Positions 1 through 12,733 of a DNA stretch of 64,000 nt are shown piece by piece. Location: assembly GCA_973851085.1 (NCBI GenBank), contig OZ316775.1:3224001-3288000 (forward strand), in the 5' to 3' direction. Each line of letters begins with the position of its first letter. Position 1 is the first letter of the stretch. This stretch comes from Ptychomitrium polyphyllum. Taxonomy: Eukaryota. The notes beneath the pieces were generated by a model. It saw only the letters and a list, made by a program, of their open reading frames with translations. It ran no database searches and was not told where the DNA came from. A program made the translations under genes and the position numbers.

Positions 1-1118
1 GATCCGATGTAACACACATGATTTTTAATATGCTTGCTCTCTCTCAAGTTTCGATGATCGATCTTAGCTTCTTCGATTGGCGAATTCTGCAACAAAGTTG
101 GCAGTTGGTAGTTTCTACTGTTTACCTGACAAATCTGTGTTACTCTTATACAGCTGGGAGGTTGAGGACTGTCGATGTCAGTTACATGACTAGTCCATGT
201 TGAAAAGCAACCTCCACTTAAGAGTGAAAATTTTCGCATTAGGTTGGTTGCGAATTCCTTATGACTTCTGAGCAGAACAGTAACTTGATTTCCCTCATTT
301 GGTCTTTTTGTGAATGCGCTTTTATGGTATTGCATTGGAACCTGTCAAGGTTTCCTTGAAAATCATTCTGCTGACATGTGGTTGAGGCAATACGAAAACG
401 TCTCCGGAAGACGTACTTCTTGTGTTAAAGGAATCATTAAGTACAAGGTCGACTAGAACGAGAATAGCTACAATGAAATGTTTATTTGCAACACACGAGT
501 TTCTTGATCAAGCAATGCTCGCTTTGTCAATTTCAACAGACCTCCTACAAGTGCAGGATATTCAAAAGGGATGTATGAGCCATCTTCATATGTACCTGAC
601 TAGTGATCCAAGAAAGTATCTAAATTTTCTGAGGAAATAATTACGTGACTAGTCTGCTGAGAAAGTTGTGAGAAAGTAAGTATCTGAGTAATCGAGTCGC
701 CAAAAAACTCTACGAGAAGAAATTTTCAACCAAAGCTTCGGAAACAATACGTCACCAAGTCCAGAGTCTTCAAAATCCACTTTAGCAGCTGCTTTGCATT
801 TGTTTACGTGATCCAATCTGCCAAGTACAGACACACAGGAACAATCATGTATATCAGTATATTATACAATACAATTTTACCCCCTTGACCTTGAATGTTT
901 AATAGACCGGTGCATAAGGCAGAGTTAGAGAATGCAATATACCGAGGTCGATATCGAGATTACTCACGCGAAGCACAAAAGCTGCAGAAATGCAACGAAA
1001 CAGATACCAAGGACACCAAGAACAGTGAGATCGTGAGTGAAGCTGGCTTCAGGTTTACATTACCTGATCAAGTGAGGATATTGAGCAGAGCTGCCACTGT
1101 CCTGCAGAAGCCCCTTGA

Positions 1119-2326
1119 TCACTGGTCGTAAACTGCCAGTGCATTAGGCGCCTCCTGCTCGGGTGCAACCTCCACTTGCTGGACAACTTGGTCATCGTCA
1201 TCATCGAAGAAACCCAAGTAGCGTAACTCATGCTCTTCTAGAGCAAGCTTGGGATGCAGAGTTGGAACATTACCCAACTCCACCGAGCTCCTAATCAATA
1301 TATCGTTCATGCTATTGTAATAACTGATCACCTAGTGCTAAGACAATTGATATCTAACTCTCTCGTAATTACTTTGCAAAGCAGATCAAGTGATCCACCG
1401 TGATTGGGAGCTTGGCAAGGGGGGAGTGTAATGGCGACTGATTGGAACAACTAACTTTTATATTGATCCAAGGGACCTGCTATTCTCAAGACTCACAGAT
1501 TATGTTGTATCTTGTGGACATGAGATGATCTGGCCATGGGATTGCCAATATTGGCGGTAGGTACGTGATACTGGAATTCCAGTAAGTGTTACTGGACTAC
1601 AGTGTTATTATTCCTGCATCAAGGACAATGTAGGAATTCGTCACGTAAAACTGTGAGGATTTAAATTGAACTTGGAAAGTCATCAAGTTTCTGCATTTAA
1701 CCTTATTTTATTGCAGAAGTATCCTAGCACCAAGCACAGTATTAACTGCTACTAGCCTAAATATGAGGGTAGTGCACGCCCACGAAGTGGGGATTAATAC
1801 CGGTTATCAGTGGACTCGCACGCGGGCCGTAATTCCAGCAATTTTAAACTACGGTTCGCCAAGAATTCTATGAAACCTCCTATTCATGTTCATTGAAACA
1901 TTCACTAAACAAGAATTACCACAAACTGCGCAGATGATCAAGTTTGGGGGAGAAAATCGTCTAACTTTGAAGATGCTGTCAGACGAAAAAGGGTCGCACA
2001 GCTGTGCTTCTCCGATTTCCCGTATGCCATGAGCCAAACCCCAGAATTCCGGAATTGCATCCCAAATGGCTTCAGATGGAAGTGGACGTTCACTAGTACC
2101 TTCAAAGAATCTTCTCTGTAGATGTGTTTTACACCGTGTGATCCTCTGCGATAGTGGCTTAGTACAGCGCAAGCAGCAACGAACGTCTCAGCCACGATAG
2201 GACAGGAGGACGTCCACTTCGATCCTCCTGCGAGAACATAATTCCGGAATGCTTCCAGGAACAGCAGCGTCAAGAGAAAAAACACAAACAGGACGTTGTC
2301 ATATGTTGGCGAGAGAAGCTCAAAGC
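1119..2326 (-). pseudogene. Degraded spliced gene fragment, family not recognised
   Basis: Candidate AG/GT-bounded exons 2326-2100 (GFELLSPTYD...EDSLK), 1613-1477 (GIITL*SSNTYWNSS...CES*E*Q, three in-frame stops) and terminal exon 1331-1119 (VISYYNSM...AVYDQ*). The last two join in phase; the first does not join the second in phase. No 5' part is visible before AT-rich DNA. Confidence 0.3.
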
Positions 2327-3849
2327 CTGCATAATCAATATAGGACGTTAATATAGATTCCAATTGTACTGGATTTTGGCTCTTTTGTCAAATCATCAAA
2401 ACTATACAAAACAAAAAGAAGTCTAATTAATGTTGTCTGAAAGCGGCTTACCATAATCAACCAACAACCATAAGGAAAACATACATCAACAATCAAGTTT
2501 CAAATAATAATAAAGATGGTGGATGATGTATGCAAAATACTTGGAAATCTTGAAGGACAATATGCCAATAACTTTATTGTGTTTGATAAGAGAAATAAGT
2601 ATCTTATTAAAAAGCAACTACAAATTGCAAAATCAAGAACTATAGCTTCTAAGCACTTCCACTCCTATAATTCTTCTACCAAGTCATGATTTTTACTCTA
2701 CAATTATTCTCAAGATAGTCTTGCATTTTTTTCTCTCACTTAAAAACCTATTAAGTGATACAATAAAATAAAATGACAACTGCCCGTTGTTGTTGTTATA
2801 AAAACTAGGTTTCATGTGATGAAGGTGAAGTATATGGCCATAATACATATGTTTGCATAAAAAGTGGGAATGACCTCCATGACCTTGTAGAAATTGACAG
2901 TGACAAGTCATTATTACCATTTTACAAATAATAAACAGAACATGGTGGACATTTAATAAAGACCAATGCAATGTTTTTAGAATTATAAAGTGCTACAACT
3001 ATTAAGAGAACCGACTTTTTTTAAAGTAGTGTGGAGACTAAATGGAATAGTTCCATTAGTAACATCACATCTTTCAAAAAATTTAAGAATAATACATCCT
3101 TTAGTGCGCTCCACAATATTGATATTTTTTGATGTCATAAAATATAATTATCAATTTGTGCATTTGAATGGAACATCATGCTATATGCCGCTAACCTTGC
3201 TTGTTAATTATTTTCCGTACAAAGATAAAAAGAACAAACCCTCAAGCCCTTAAAAACACAATTTGGTAGAATATCACCATATTGTCTTTTAAGCAGTTTG
3301 TGCATTTTTTATAGTTGAATCCATTTGTGCAATGGAAATCAAATAGATTTCTAGTACTTTCCTAGAATAGCTTAAGTTTGCCATATTATATATGACAAGT
3401 GTTTTTGATACAATGAAAATTTCTACTTATGTGCTATCCTTGTCTTCTTAAGTTAAGTTATGAGGAAATAAATTAGTTTGTATTAGGAAATCTTGATTAT
3501 TTATAATAAAAAATTAAAACACATAAAACAAAGCTCATAATCATTGCAAGCTTCAACAAAATGTCAAAATAAAGAGGTAGTAGTTAAAAAAAATAGTGCC
3601 AAAATAGCACAAATATACTGCAAATCAACAATTACAATTATGGTCCACATTTATAGTAGAAATTTTAGTATTCAATTTCAAAATCTACACCTTTTATTTA
3701 TATTACATTCACTTAAAATTTTCAATAGCTTGTACAATTTCAACACACAATATATTAAATAGATCTTTAAATAATATTGGACAATAGAAGTTCTTTTGTA
3801 AATAATAAATTCCATGACCAAGCATCCAATTCTTTTCTTATATAATCAA

Positions 3850-6800
3850 GGATTGCTGCTACTCTTGGTTTGAATGGATGTTGTCGATAGAACTTACAAA
3901 CTTTTATTGGTGAATTGACAAGATTACTAGTTGGTTCTTATATACGTTCACTAATGTCATATCCGTGCTAATGTACCAAGTATTCCAATTTTATCACGTC
4001 TTATTCGTGAGTCAAGCACTTCTTTCACTTCAAATTCATGATGATTGTTGATTTCGACCACAAGTGGTGGCAATTGCCTTCATCTAGGAATACTTGATTC
4101 CTTATAAGTTTCCAAAAATGAAATGTAGAAGACAAGATGTACCTTCATTGATGTTAGTAGTTCCAAATGATGTGCCACGTAATTGACTTTTTTTTCAATT
4201 GCAAATGGTCCCAATCTGCGATAGTCCAGCTTATCACGTGGCCTAGTAGTCTTTATAATGCATCAAAGGAGCCACAACTTCTCACCAACTTAGAATGGAA
4301 GTTGTTCCTTCCTTGATGCATTTGCTGCAGTTTTATATCATTTCTGAGCTTCTTTTAGTCAAGTCTTCATAGTTGTTTGAAGCTCTGCCATTCTTTTGGC
4401 AAATTCCTCTATTGCTGGATTCTCAGATTGTGGAGGCTGCAACATATCCATCTTTGAATTATGTCCATAGTAGAAGTAGAATGGCATTTGTTGGGTGGAA
4501 GCGTGAGTGGTGTTGTTGTAGGTAAATTCAGCTAATATCAAGTAAGAAGTCCAATCATCTTGTTGGTAGTTGATGGTACATCTCAAACATTACTCCAAAA
4601 TTTGATTGACTCGCTCTGTTTGGCCACCGGTCTAAGGATGGAAGAGAGAAGAAAGTTTTATGTCTATTTTAAGGATTTCAAAGAGCGACTTCCAAAATCT
4701 TGATACAAACTGTGGTCCATGATCCAATATATTATCGTCAAGTAATCCATGGTAGCAGTAGATATTATCCATGAAGCGTGTGGAAGTCTCTTGACCTGTA
4801 ATTGTCTTTTTGCAAAGTACAAAATATGCCATCTTGGTCAACCGGTCTATCACAACGAAGATGGTATCAAAAGAATTTGATGGTGGAAGATCTGTAATGA
4901 AATCCATTGAAACGGGCGACCACAGATGCCTTGGAATAGATAGCGGTTGGAGAAATCCATATAGACGGTATCAAGGGTTTTTTGACCTAGAACAGGTATT
5001 ATACGAGAGTATAAACTCCTTAACGGCCTTCCACATGTAAGGCCACCAAAATTCTCTCGAGAGAAATTCAAAGGTTTTGTTGAATCCAAAATGTCCAGCT
5101 ACAAGAAAGTCATGACGTGTTTGAAGTACATGAAGGCAAATTGGTCGTTCAGGAATATATAGACGTTCTTCAAAGTAGAAAAGGTTGTCTTCTAATTTGA
5201 ATTTAGACACATCTTCAGGGAAGTTGTTGGAACAAAGCTTGATATCAAGAATAAGAAGGTCCTTGGTAGATGCCACATACACCTGGTCAAGAAACAATGA
5301 ACCCACCCGAATTGAAATGGTAGTAATGGGCATACAAAACTATTCGGGTTTCAACAAAGTTACTCATTGTTGATCTTGTGTTGCCTCTCCCTCCTTTGGC
5401 ACAAGGTATGATTGCCTTGATAAAGAATTTGATAACCCTTGTTGTTTTCTTGATCGATATGTGATGCAAAAATCAAATTAAAATAGAGACATACTCCAAT
5501 GAGCTTGGCGGCGATTCAAAATACAGCCTGACATGAAATATTCCAAGTTCTTGTGGTCTGTATATACAACCACTGGATGCGCGGCACTTTCAAGCAAATA
5601 ACGCCATTCTTGGAAGGAATCTATAATTGCAAGGAGTTTCTTGTTATGGATGTTGTAGTTGATTTTTGCAGCTAATAATTTTCTAGAATGAAATGCAATT
5701 GGATGGAGTCTCCTTTTTTTCCCCGTTTGTGACAAAATTGCTTCTAGTACAAAGTTGGAACCATCTATCTCAAAATAAAATTGCTTAAAAAAATCCAAAT
5801 GGACCAAAATAGCAGTTGTGGTAAAAGCTTGCTTCAAACTTTGCAATGCATCCTCAGAATTGGATCTCCACTTAAGCTTTTACTTGCATGTTAGTCACGT
5901 AAGTGGTGCAGCTGTTTGAGATTAGTCCTTGATGAAGATCCTATAGAAGTTTGCAAATTCAAGAAAACATTGGAGATTACATACCGATTTTGGCCTCATC
6001 CAATCTCTAACTGCTTTGATCTTCTTTGGGTCCATTAATAGTCCTTTGTTAGAAATGATATAATCAAGGAATTCTACCTAAGGTTTATGGAATACACATT
6101 TCTCCAATCTGGCATACAAACCGGCATTTGTTGGCTTTTGTAGGACTATGCTGACATGTCATTCATATTCCTCTGGATTCTTTGAATATATCAAAATATC
6201 ATCCAAATAGCATACAACAAAATCATTGAGACACTCCCAAAATATGTCAAGTATTAGAAAATGGCGGATGCATTGGTAAATCCAAAAGGCATGACATTGT
6301 ATTCAAAATGTCCATACTTTGTTCCAAAAGTTCTCTTCCATTTCTTTCTTTCTTTTATGCACACTAAATTGTAGGCTCGTCGCAAGTCTATATTGGTATA
6401 GATTTTTGCTTGGCCGACTTGATCAAAAAGCCTATATATCAGTGGCAATGGATATCGGTTCTTCACCGTCATTTTGTTGAGGCCGCGGTAATCAATACAC
6501 GTTCGTAAGGATCCATCTTTCTTTTTTACTAAAAATATCAGAGCACCAGCAGGAGAATTTGAATGTTGTATGAAGTTCTTTGCTAAGTTTTCATCAATAT
6601 ACTCTCTTAGTGATGAAAGTTCATTTTGGGATAAATTATAGATAGGTCCAAATGGTGGCTGGGCGCCGTCTTGGAGGTCTATGGCACAATTGTAAGGACA
6701 ATGTTTTGGTAGGGTATTTGCATTCTTCTTTTCAAATACATTGTTGAATTTCTTATATTTTTTTGGAATGATTGAGGATGAAGCTTCAACTTTGGACATT

Positions 6801-8299
6801 GAAATTATATACATAGCAAAATAAGCACCAGTCTTTGCTGCTCCCATAAATGCTCTAGCTCCAATGAAGAGACCCTTTTATATCTATAAGACTCTTTAGC
6901 TTCCTCCATAGGCTTAATATTTATAGACTCTAATGGTGGAAATTTGGTTTTACGAGATGCCTAATCTATCTGCGAGTTGTACTTTTCAAGCCAAGAAAGC
7001 CCTAAAATGTTAGAACTTGACAGATATCTAATGACATTAAATATCTTGTCGCATATGCTCCAATGAAATTGACTCATCAGCACTTCTTCTCTGTAATTCA
7101 TGTCACTTACAAATTATCAAAATTCTGATGCATAAATTGATATAGATGGTGGCCCTTAGCGCAAGGCACAAATCTTAGTAGTTGTAGAACAAAGCTTGTC
7201 ATAATCACCAAATGCTTCTACAAACGCGGCTAGGAACGCATCAAAGTTGTTAAGTATGGAAGAATTATTTTCAAAAAGTGGTGCAAACCATGACAATACT
7301 TATCTTGAGAGCAACGTTCCTACCAAACCGACACAGAAAGCATTTGTAAGATACCATCGAGGTTGAAACAAGCTAAGAAGTTGAACTTGATTTATAAAGC
7401 TTCGAAATTTTGAACGTGTACCATCAAACTTCTCCAAAAGGCTGATTATTGATTCTTTAGTTGTTGACATTGAATTCCTGGCTCAAACTTGTCTGTCATC
7501 TACCAAATCAGGTTTAGACGATGAAGCACCTAAGTTGATTTGGAATAGCAATTGGGGTGTTTCTGCTCCTCGACCATTGTGTATGATCAAATACAGTTCT
7601 TTGTTTTACTTGGATAAAGTCTTGGTCTTGATCTCCAATGCTTCAAGGGCACTGATAATGGAATCTAACTTTGTTTCTTTTGCATCAATCATATTGACTT
7701 CTTCACCCCCTGGTATAGAATTGAAGTAGAAATAGATAAAAACTACTATCTACGTAAGAAACCAAAGAAAATTCAAGAGGAAATATCAATCTACAGGAGG
7801 GTAATCCGCATTTTCTAGAGTACTATAGTACTTTCGAGAAAGAGGGGTGATCCGCTCTCTATCAAGAAAGACCAAGCTTTGATATTGTTGTATAACAGTC
7901 TCAACAAACTATTAAGGACAGAATAACTACAGGACAAAACTTTAGGATTCCAAAACGTGGAATAAGAGATGTTTAAGGTATATTAGAAGTATAGAGCTAC
8001 AACAAAGTATAGAAGACAAGGCCAAAAGGTTTGAACTAGACTACAAGAGGTGCATTGTTAAGACTGAAGATCCTTTTAGCCTCAACTCTTATATATACTA
8101 GAGCTACAAGCCTTTGAAGCTTTTTGGGAAGCTTCACCTACATTGCTTCGTACTCAAACAACCTTAAGTTACTTCCTTAGAAGTTTCCTAGGCCGAGGTA
8201 ACTTCCTTAGAAGTTTCTTAAGCCATAGCAATTTCCTTTGAAGCTTCTTAAATCTTCTAAGAACCTTTCTAGATGTTTCTTATATGTATGTCCGTGACA
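3850..8299 (-). mobile_element. Decayed Ty3/Gypsy LTR retrotransposon, chromovirus type, truncated at the 3' end
   Basis: Minus-strand domain order: gag (~7460-7060, EKFDGTRSKF..SWFAPL), protease remnant (ILGLSWL ~7000), RT (6847-5850; CIDYRGLN, VMPFGFTNA, YLDDILIYS ~6200), RNase H (5846-5478), integrase (GHFG..C zinc finger 5110-4980; MDFITDLP core 4907-4359; GPF ~4210), chromodomain (~4045-3860). Many stops and frameshifts. Confidence 0.95.
7886..8299 (-). repeat. 5' LTR of the Gypsy element, followed by a degenerate PBS-like site (~7871-7885)
   Basis: Starts TGTCACGGAC at 8299 and ends ...CA at about 7886-7889. Followed by ATATCAAAGCTTGGT, resembling the TGGTATCAGAGC tRNA-iMet PBS. TATA-like TATATATAAG at ~8090. 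Internal ~30 bp tandem repeats at 8166-8250. Confidence 0.65.
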
Positions 8300-9120
8300 A
8301 AGTGTCATATTCAATATTCATTTACAATCAAGTAATTACTTCTATACATTTGAGCTTTAGATTTACATAATATATTGAGGATATTCTTAATGCCAATATA
8401 AACCACAATTTTAACCAAATTAATGAATAATTTTCAATGAAGATTGCCTTGTGCATATTATTTTTTTAATACAATCAATGAATGCAAATGAAGGACTAAT
8501 AGACCACATTATAAGATTCTACATAAAAAGAAGAAAACTAACATTATAATCAAGATCATTACATCTTTTTTTAAAGTTTTCCTTGCCATAAACCTAATCA
8601 ATCTCTTTACCATAAACAATCTTGGCAACTAGAAAGACACTTATTATTTTAATTCAAATTAGTGATTCTATCATCTAAAAAAATATGCTTCTTCTAAATA
8701 TTTTTGTGTCTAACATTACTTTGGAACTTTGGAATTTTCCATTGTCCTGAGTATGGTGTTTCACTCGGGTGTAACTTAAAATCTTAGATGCTTCATCTAA
8801 GATAGAAATACCCCAATAAATGTCCCTGAATGGACTCTTCCAAATTTGTTCATTTATTGACCAATTTGAACACTCTAGTGGAAACCGTTGAATCAGTGAT
8901 ACTATTGAAAATGGACCATCAAAATATAATCTTATGAGCTATTTTGTCTATCCAAAACCTCATGCACATCTTTGATTGGCACAACCCTTTACTTCCTTAG
9001 AATTACGCAAGACAAGGAAACATCTTTTCTTCAATCCCGCTTAGTACACAAAATTACTCTCAACATGATGGAAGCGTGCAAAAACAAATTTAAATAAATT
9101 CTCTGCAGAGGGTAAGACAA

Positions 9121-11401
9121 TTACACATTTGCAGCTTCATCGCTGTACCCTGCCGCCCGCCCAGTTCGTCCCTCAACTATTTCATAACTGCCAGGAATAG
9201 CAGAATCACTCGTTGAATTGTCCTTGCCTGCTTCAAAATCGTGAATTTCTAAGCCTTGATAACTGCGGAGAGCTAAGTATTCTGCACTCGACATTACTCC
9301 TAAATTTTTACGCCCAGAACTAGCCACAGCCAATGAGGAATGAGGACGCAATTGCAGAGCGTGTTCAGTTACTTCTGAAAGAATAATTGCTGTCGAAGCA
9401 TTTTCATCACCGTCGTCTGCAGAAAAGTGTTCCCACCCTTTACACACGGATGACCAATCTCTTTCAAAACAAAACATAACAAGAGACTGAGTTGCTACAC
9501 ACCATAAAAATCTTTCAATGGAATTGAATGAGATATGTGTACTAAAACACACAGCAGAGAAGACAAGTCCCTTCAAAAATAATTCCAGATTTCCATTAAA
9601 CATAGCTTACCATGATTATGATTATCATTATGATTCAACGCTCTACAAGTTAACTTAATTTCTTTAAAATAACGAAAAAAAACGTGTCGAAGTAGCAAAC
9701 CTGCAAGTGGAATACAAGCATCGTCTGCATTATGCATTAGCTCTTCCCTTGGCTTTGGCAGCTGTCCCAACTCCAGATTAAAGGCCCCAGTCCATTCTCT
9801 TCCTTCGACAAAAGCCAATTCAGCCTCGAAAGGTGTAATAAGTGGTGCGAGATACTCTTTACTATCCAGAAGTACTGTTTGAGCGCATGCCACAAGTACA
9901 AATACATCACACTCTGGGAAATTTGCCAGCTTTGCTGGATTGGGCCTGCCCATAAGCATAGTGTATGACTTTTTGCCTGCAATTATACACATCACCCATT
10001 CAGAAAATGTTTAGTACTCAACAAATGAAAGTACTCACCAGAACTCTAAGATTGTTGAATTGCCTTGCATAGGGATATAACAAATAATTTCCAAATCCAT
10101 GCTCACAAACAACAAAACAGATCTAGTATAACAATTATTGCAGACCTGCTGAAGCAACTATCTCTCGAACACGCTGAATGGCCTCATTATATCCCGCAAC
10201 ACCCAGCGTGCCAACCACAATCCCAACAATGTTCGCATCTTTCGCACGTTCAACAAGTGCAAACCTACGCATCAAATCTCTGCTCTTATTTGGCAGATCC
10301 TTTACTAGCACTTCATCCTCCGCATTGTACCTGACGAAACGAATGTGAATACATCAGCCCTGCAAACACCTAATCTTACACCTAGTAACTTTGCCAAAAC
10401 CAAGAAGGGATTCTGAACAATATGCTATTAAAAAGCACAACACTAAGATATTACTGACTCAATGAACTACTTTACTCGGCTCTTGTGCATTATGAACGAC
10501 CAAACTTTCTTAGCTTCAAGATTGCACACCTGACGATAATATTCTTGTTACATGTCAGCAACAAGTTCGTGAGTGCAGGCCCTTCATCCCCAATCCAAAA
10601 GATCGCAACATCTCCCATGGTGACGTCCTTTGGTAACGACCATTTAAGTCCCCCTATACTCTCAGCCAGCTGCGGGGTTTCCGCCCTCTCTTGCTTGAAT
10701 TCCTCCTCTGAAGCGATTTCCAGATTCTTTACAAAAGCAGCGTCCGAACTCGAATATGTAGAGCATCCAGAAGACACTTGACTCCCATTACACCCTCGTG
10801 AAGTGCAAGCCCCATGAGAACAGCCAGCGGCTCCAGTGGCTGCAGCACACGGCTCAGTGCTTCGAAGAGGTTCCATTTCGCGACTGGGAACCTCAGCAAA
10901 CACAACTGTACCAGAACCGCCATCTCTGCTCATTTCCACCTCTCTCATGATGTCCTCGATTGCGTGTGCATATTGCAATCCAAACAGGACAAGGAAAGGT
11001 TGGGTCTGAGAAGAACTAAAACTCAAAATCTCTTCACTACAATGGTGTGTGTTGATCCGCCCTCGGCCAAAAACAAAGAAAATTGGAAGGCGACTTGTTT
11101 GGCTAAGACAAGCATGGCCGTAGTGAATGACGCACTGAGCGTCCACATGGGCTGCCGCTACCTCATCAACACAGCAACTGCCGTATGTGGTATCAGCCAT
11201 GACATAGAGATTGATGCCATGACGTCTTTCAGTCAGAGCAGAACGAAGCAACGACGTGACTTCAACGCTGATTTCCAGAAGCTCGTCCGGAAATTGCAGC
11301 GCAACGCGAGTGAAATCGCGATCGAGAATGTACGCTGCTGTCGCCAAAACGTCGTATTGCTTCATCGAGCTCACATCCATCGCGCCGCTGCGCTTGTACA
11401 T
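9121..11401 (-). CDS. DPH2: Diphthamide biosynthesis protein 2
   Basis: Exons 11401-10530, 10330-10146, 9976-9701, 9416-9121 with GT-AG introns in phase. Motifs [57 protein letters not shown] and C-terminal GRTGRAAGY. The start may instead be the second Met at 11380. Confidence 0.93.
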
Positions 11402-12314
11402 GAAAAACCCCTCGACCCTTAAACCCTTAATCCCTGTTTTCCAAAAAACGCATTTGAATGCTCATCTTTCCAATCAACCCCAAAAAACCCCCCCCCCAAC
11501 ATTTACAAACTTCAATACTTCACCTCAATCTACAACACAAGCAGCCAACACCCGTCCACCATCAACCTCAACCCGATCCACTGACTCCAAAACCTCAAAC
11601 TCCAGAAATCACGATCCAGAAACCAAACCCAATTCTCAAAGCCGTATTTCTATCCCTACCCAAACCCCAAACCAAACCGATCGAACAAGCCAACGACTCC
11701 TCAAACCAGAAACTCCATCACCATCCCAAACCTAGTAATCCGTAAACCCAACTTAAAACATCACGTTTCTCTATACGTCTCTAAGTCACACCTTCAAGAG
11801 CTTTTCCTCAACCCTGGACTTCACTCCATTCTCTTTCACCGCATCCACTTGTTGATAATCGCTACATCATGCAATCGTTTCACAAGTGATTACGCTCATG
11901 TCACTCAAGCCATCAGAAATTCCGGTGCCCTGATTCTCTCACAGCGCCGCAACAGAGCATTTGCTTGCCGAGAAAGGACGAGCAGTTCCCAAAACCGTCA
12001 CCAAACCCAAAACCAACGCCATCGTTCAACAACATCCTTCAACTTTGTAAAGTCTACCTAACAGCTAGAATATATCGAATTCAAACATAGTAATTCACCG
12101 TCAATAAGTATCGAATCGACATTATCTACAAATATGAAAGATATTTGATAAACGACGTACATTTTAGCAGATAATGAGGATTAAGGATATGGACACGGTT
12201 TTGGGTTGTACAACCTAGCTCAAGCCTACCACGCATAATCTCTAACGGGCAGCTGTTAGTTTTTTTTTTGTGTCCTGCCCCAAGTTTGCTTGTTTTCGCC
12301 CAACGCGGCATTTT

Positions 12315-12330
12315 CATGCATGCATATAAA
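12315..12330 (+). promoter_or_regulatory. RY element (CATGCATG) directly joined to a TATA box, upstream of the AP2 gene
   Basis: CATGCATGCATATAAA at 12315-12330, second TGCATGCA at ~12351-12358, about 400 bp before the ATG. Confidence 0.45.
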
Positions 12331-12733
12331 CTCCAGAATGTTGGAGCTTGTGCATGCATTACAGTCTCCTCTGCACCACCATATCTAGAATACCTGCTCC
12401 AGGCTCACATTTGCTTGATCGATCAGAGTACTGTGTAGTGATACTCTGCTTGCAAAGATTAGCTATCTTCGTCCGAGAGTTTGCGAGAGCAGACGACGTC
12501 GTGATTCAAGCAAGTGTAGCCGTGCAGCTCGAGCAAAGAGTTTATTGATTGGGTGTAGTCGTGGAGGCGGCAAGTAAGCATTGACAGCGTTTTGTTTTGT
12601 GATAGGCAGAGTCTAGAGGCTAGGAACTTGGAACTGCAGCTGCACTTAGCGTCCGTAGTTGGATAAGTTTGCGAGACTGTGCGAAATCAATCGCTTTGAC
12701 GTAAGTTAAGGTTTAGCTTCCGGTCAATTCGGA

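Noticed and set aside
1544..1584. Short perfect palindromes GCCAATATTGGC and TACTGGAATTCCAGTA
   Set aside because: Isolated and short, with no supporting element structure.
2400..3800. AT-rich tract considered as a Helitron or DNA-transposon remnant
   Set aside because: No terminal motifs, TIRs or helicase/transposase motifs could be identified.
11256..11745. Thr/Pro/Ser/Gln-rich ORFs of 159 and 95 aa
   Set aside because: By-product of the C/A-skewed antisense strand of the DPH2 5' region.
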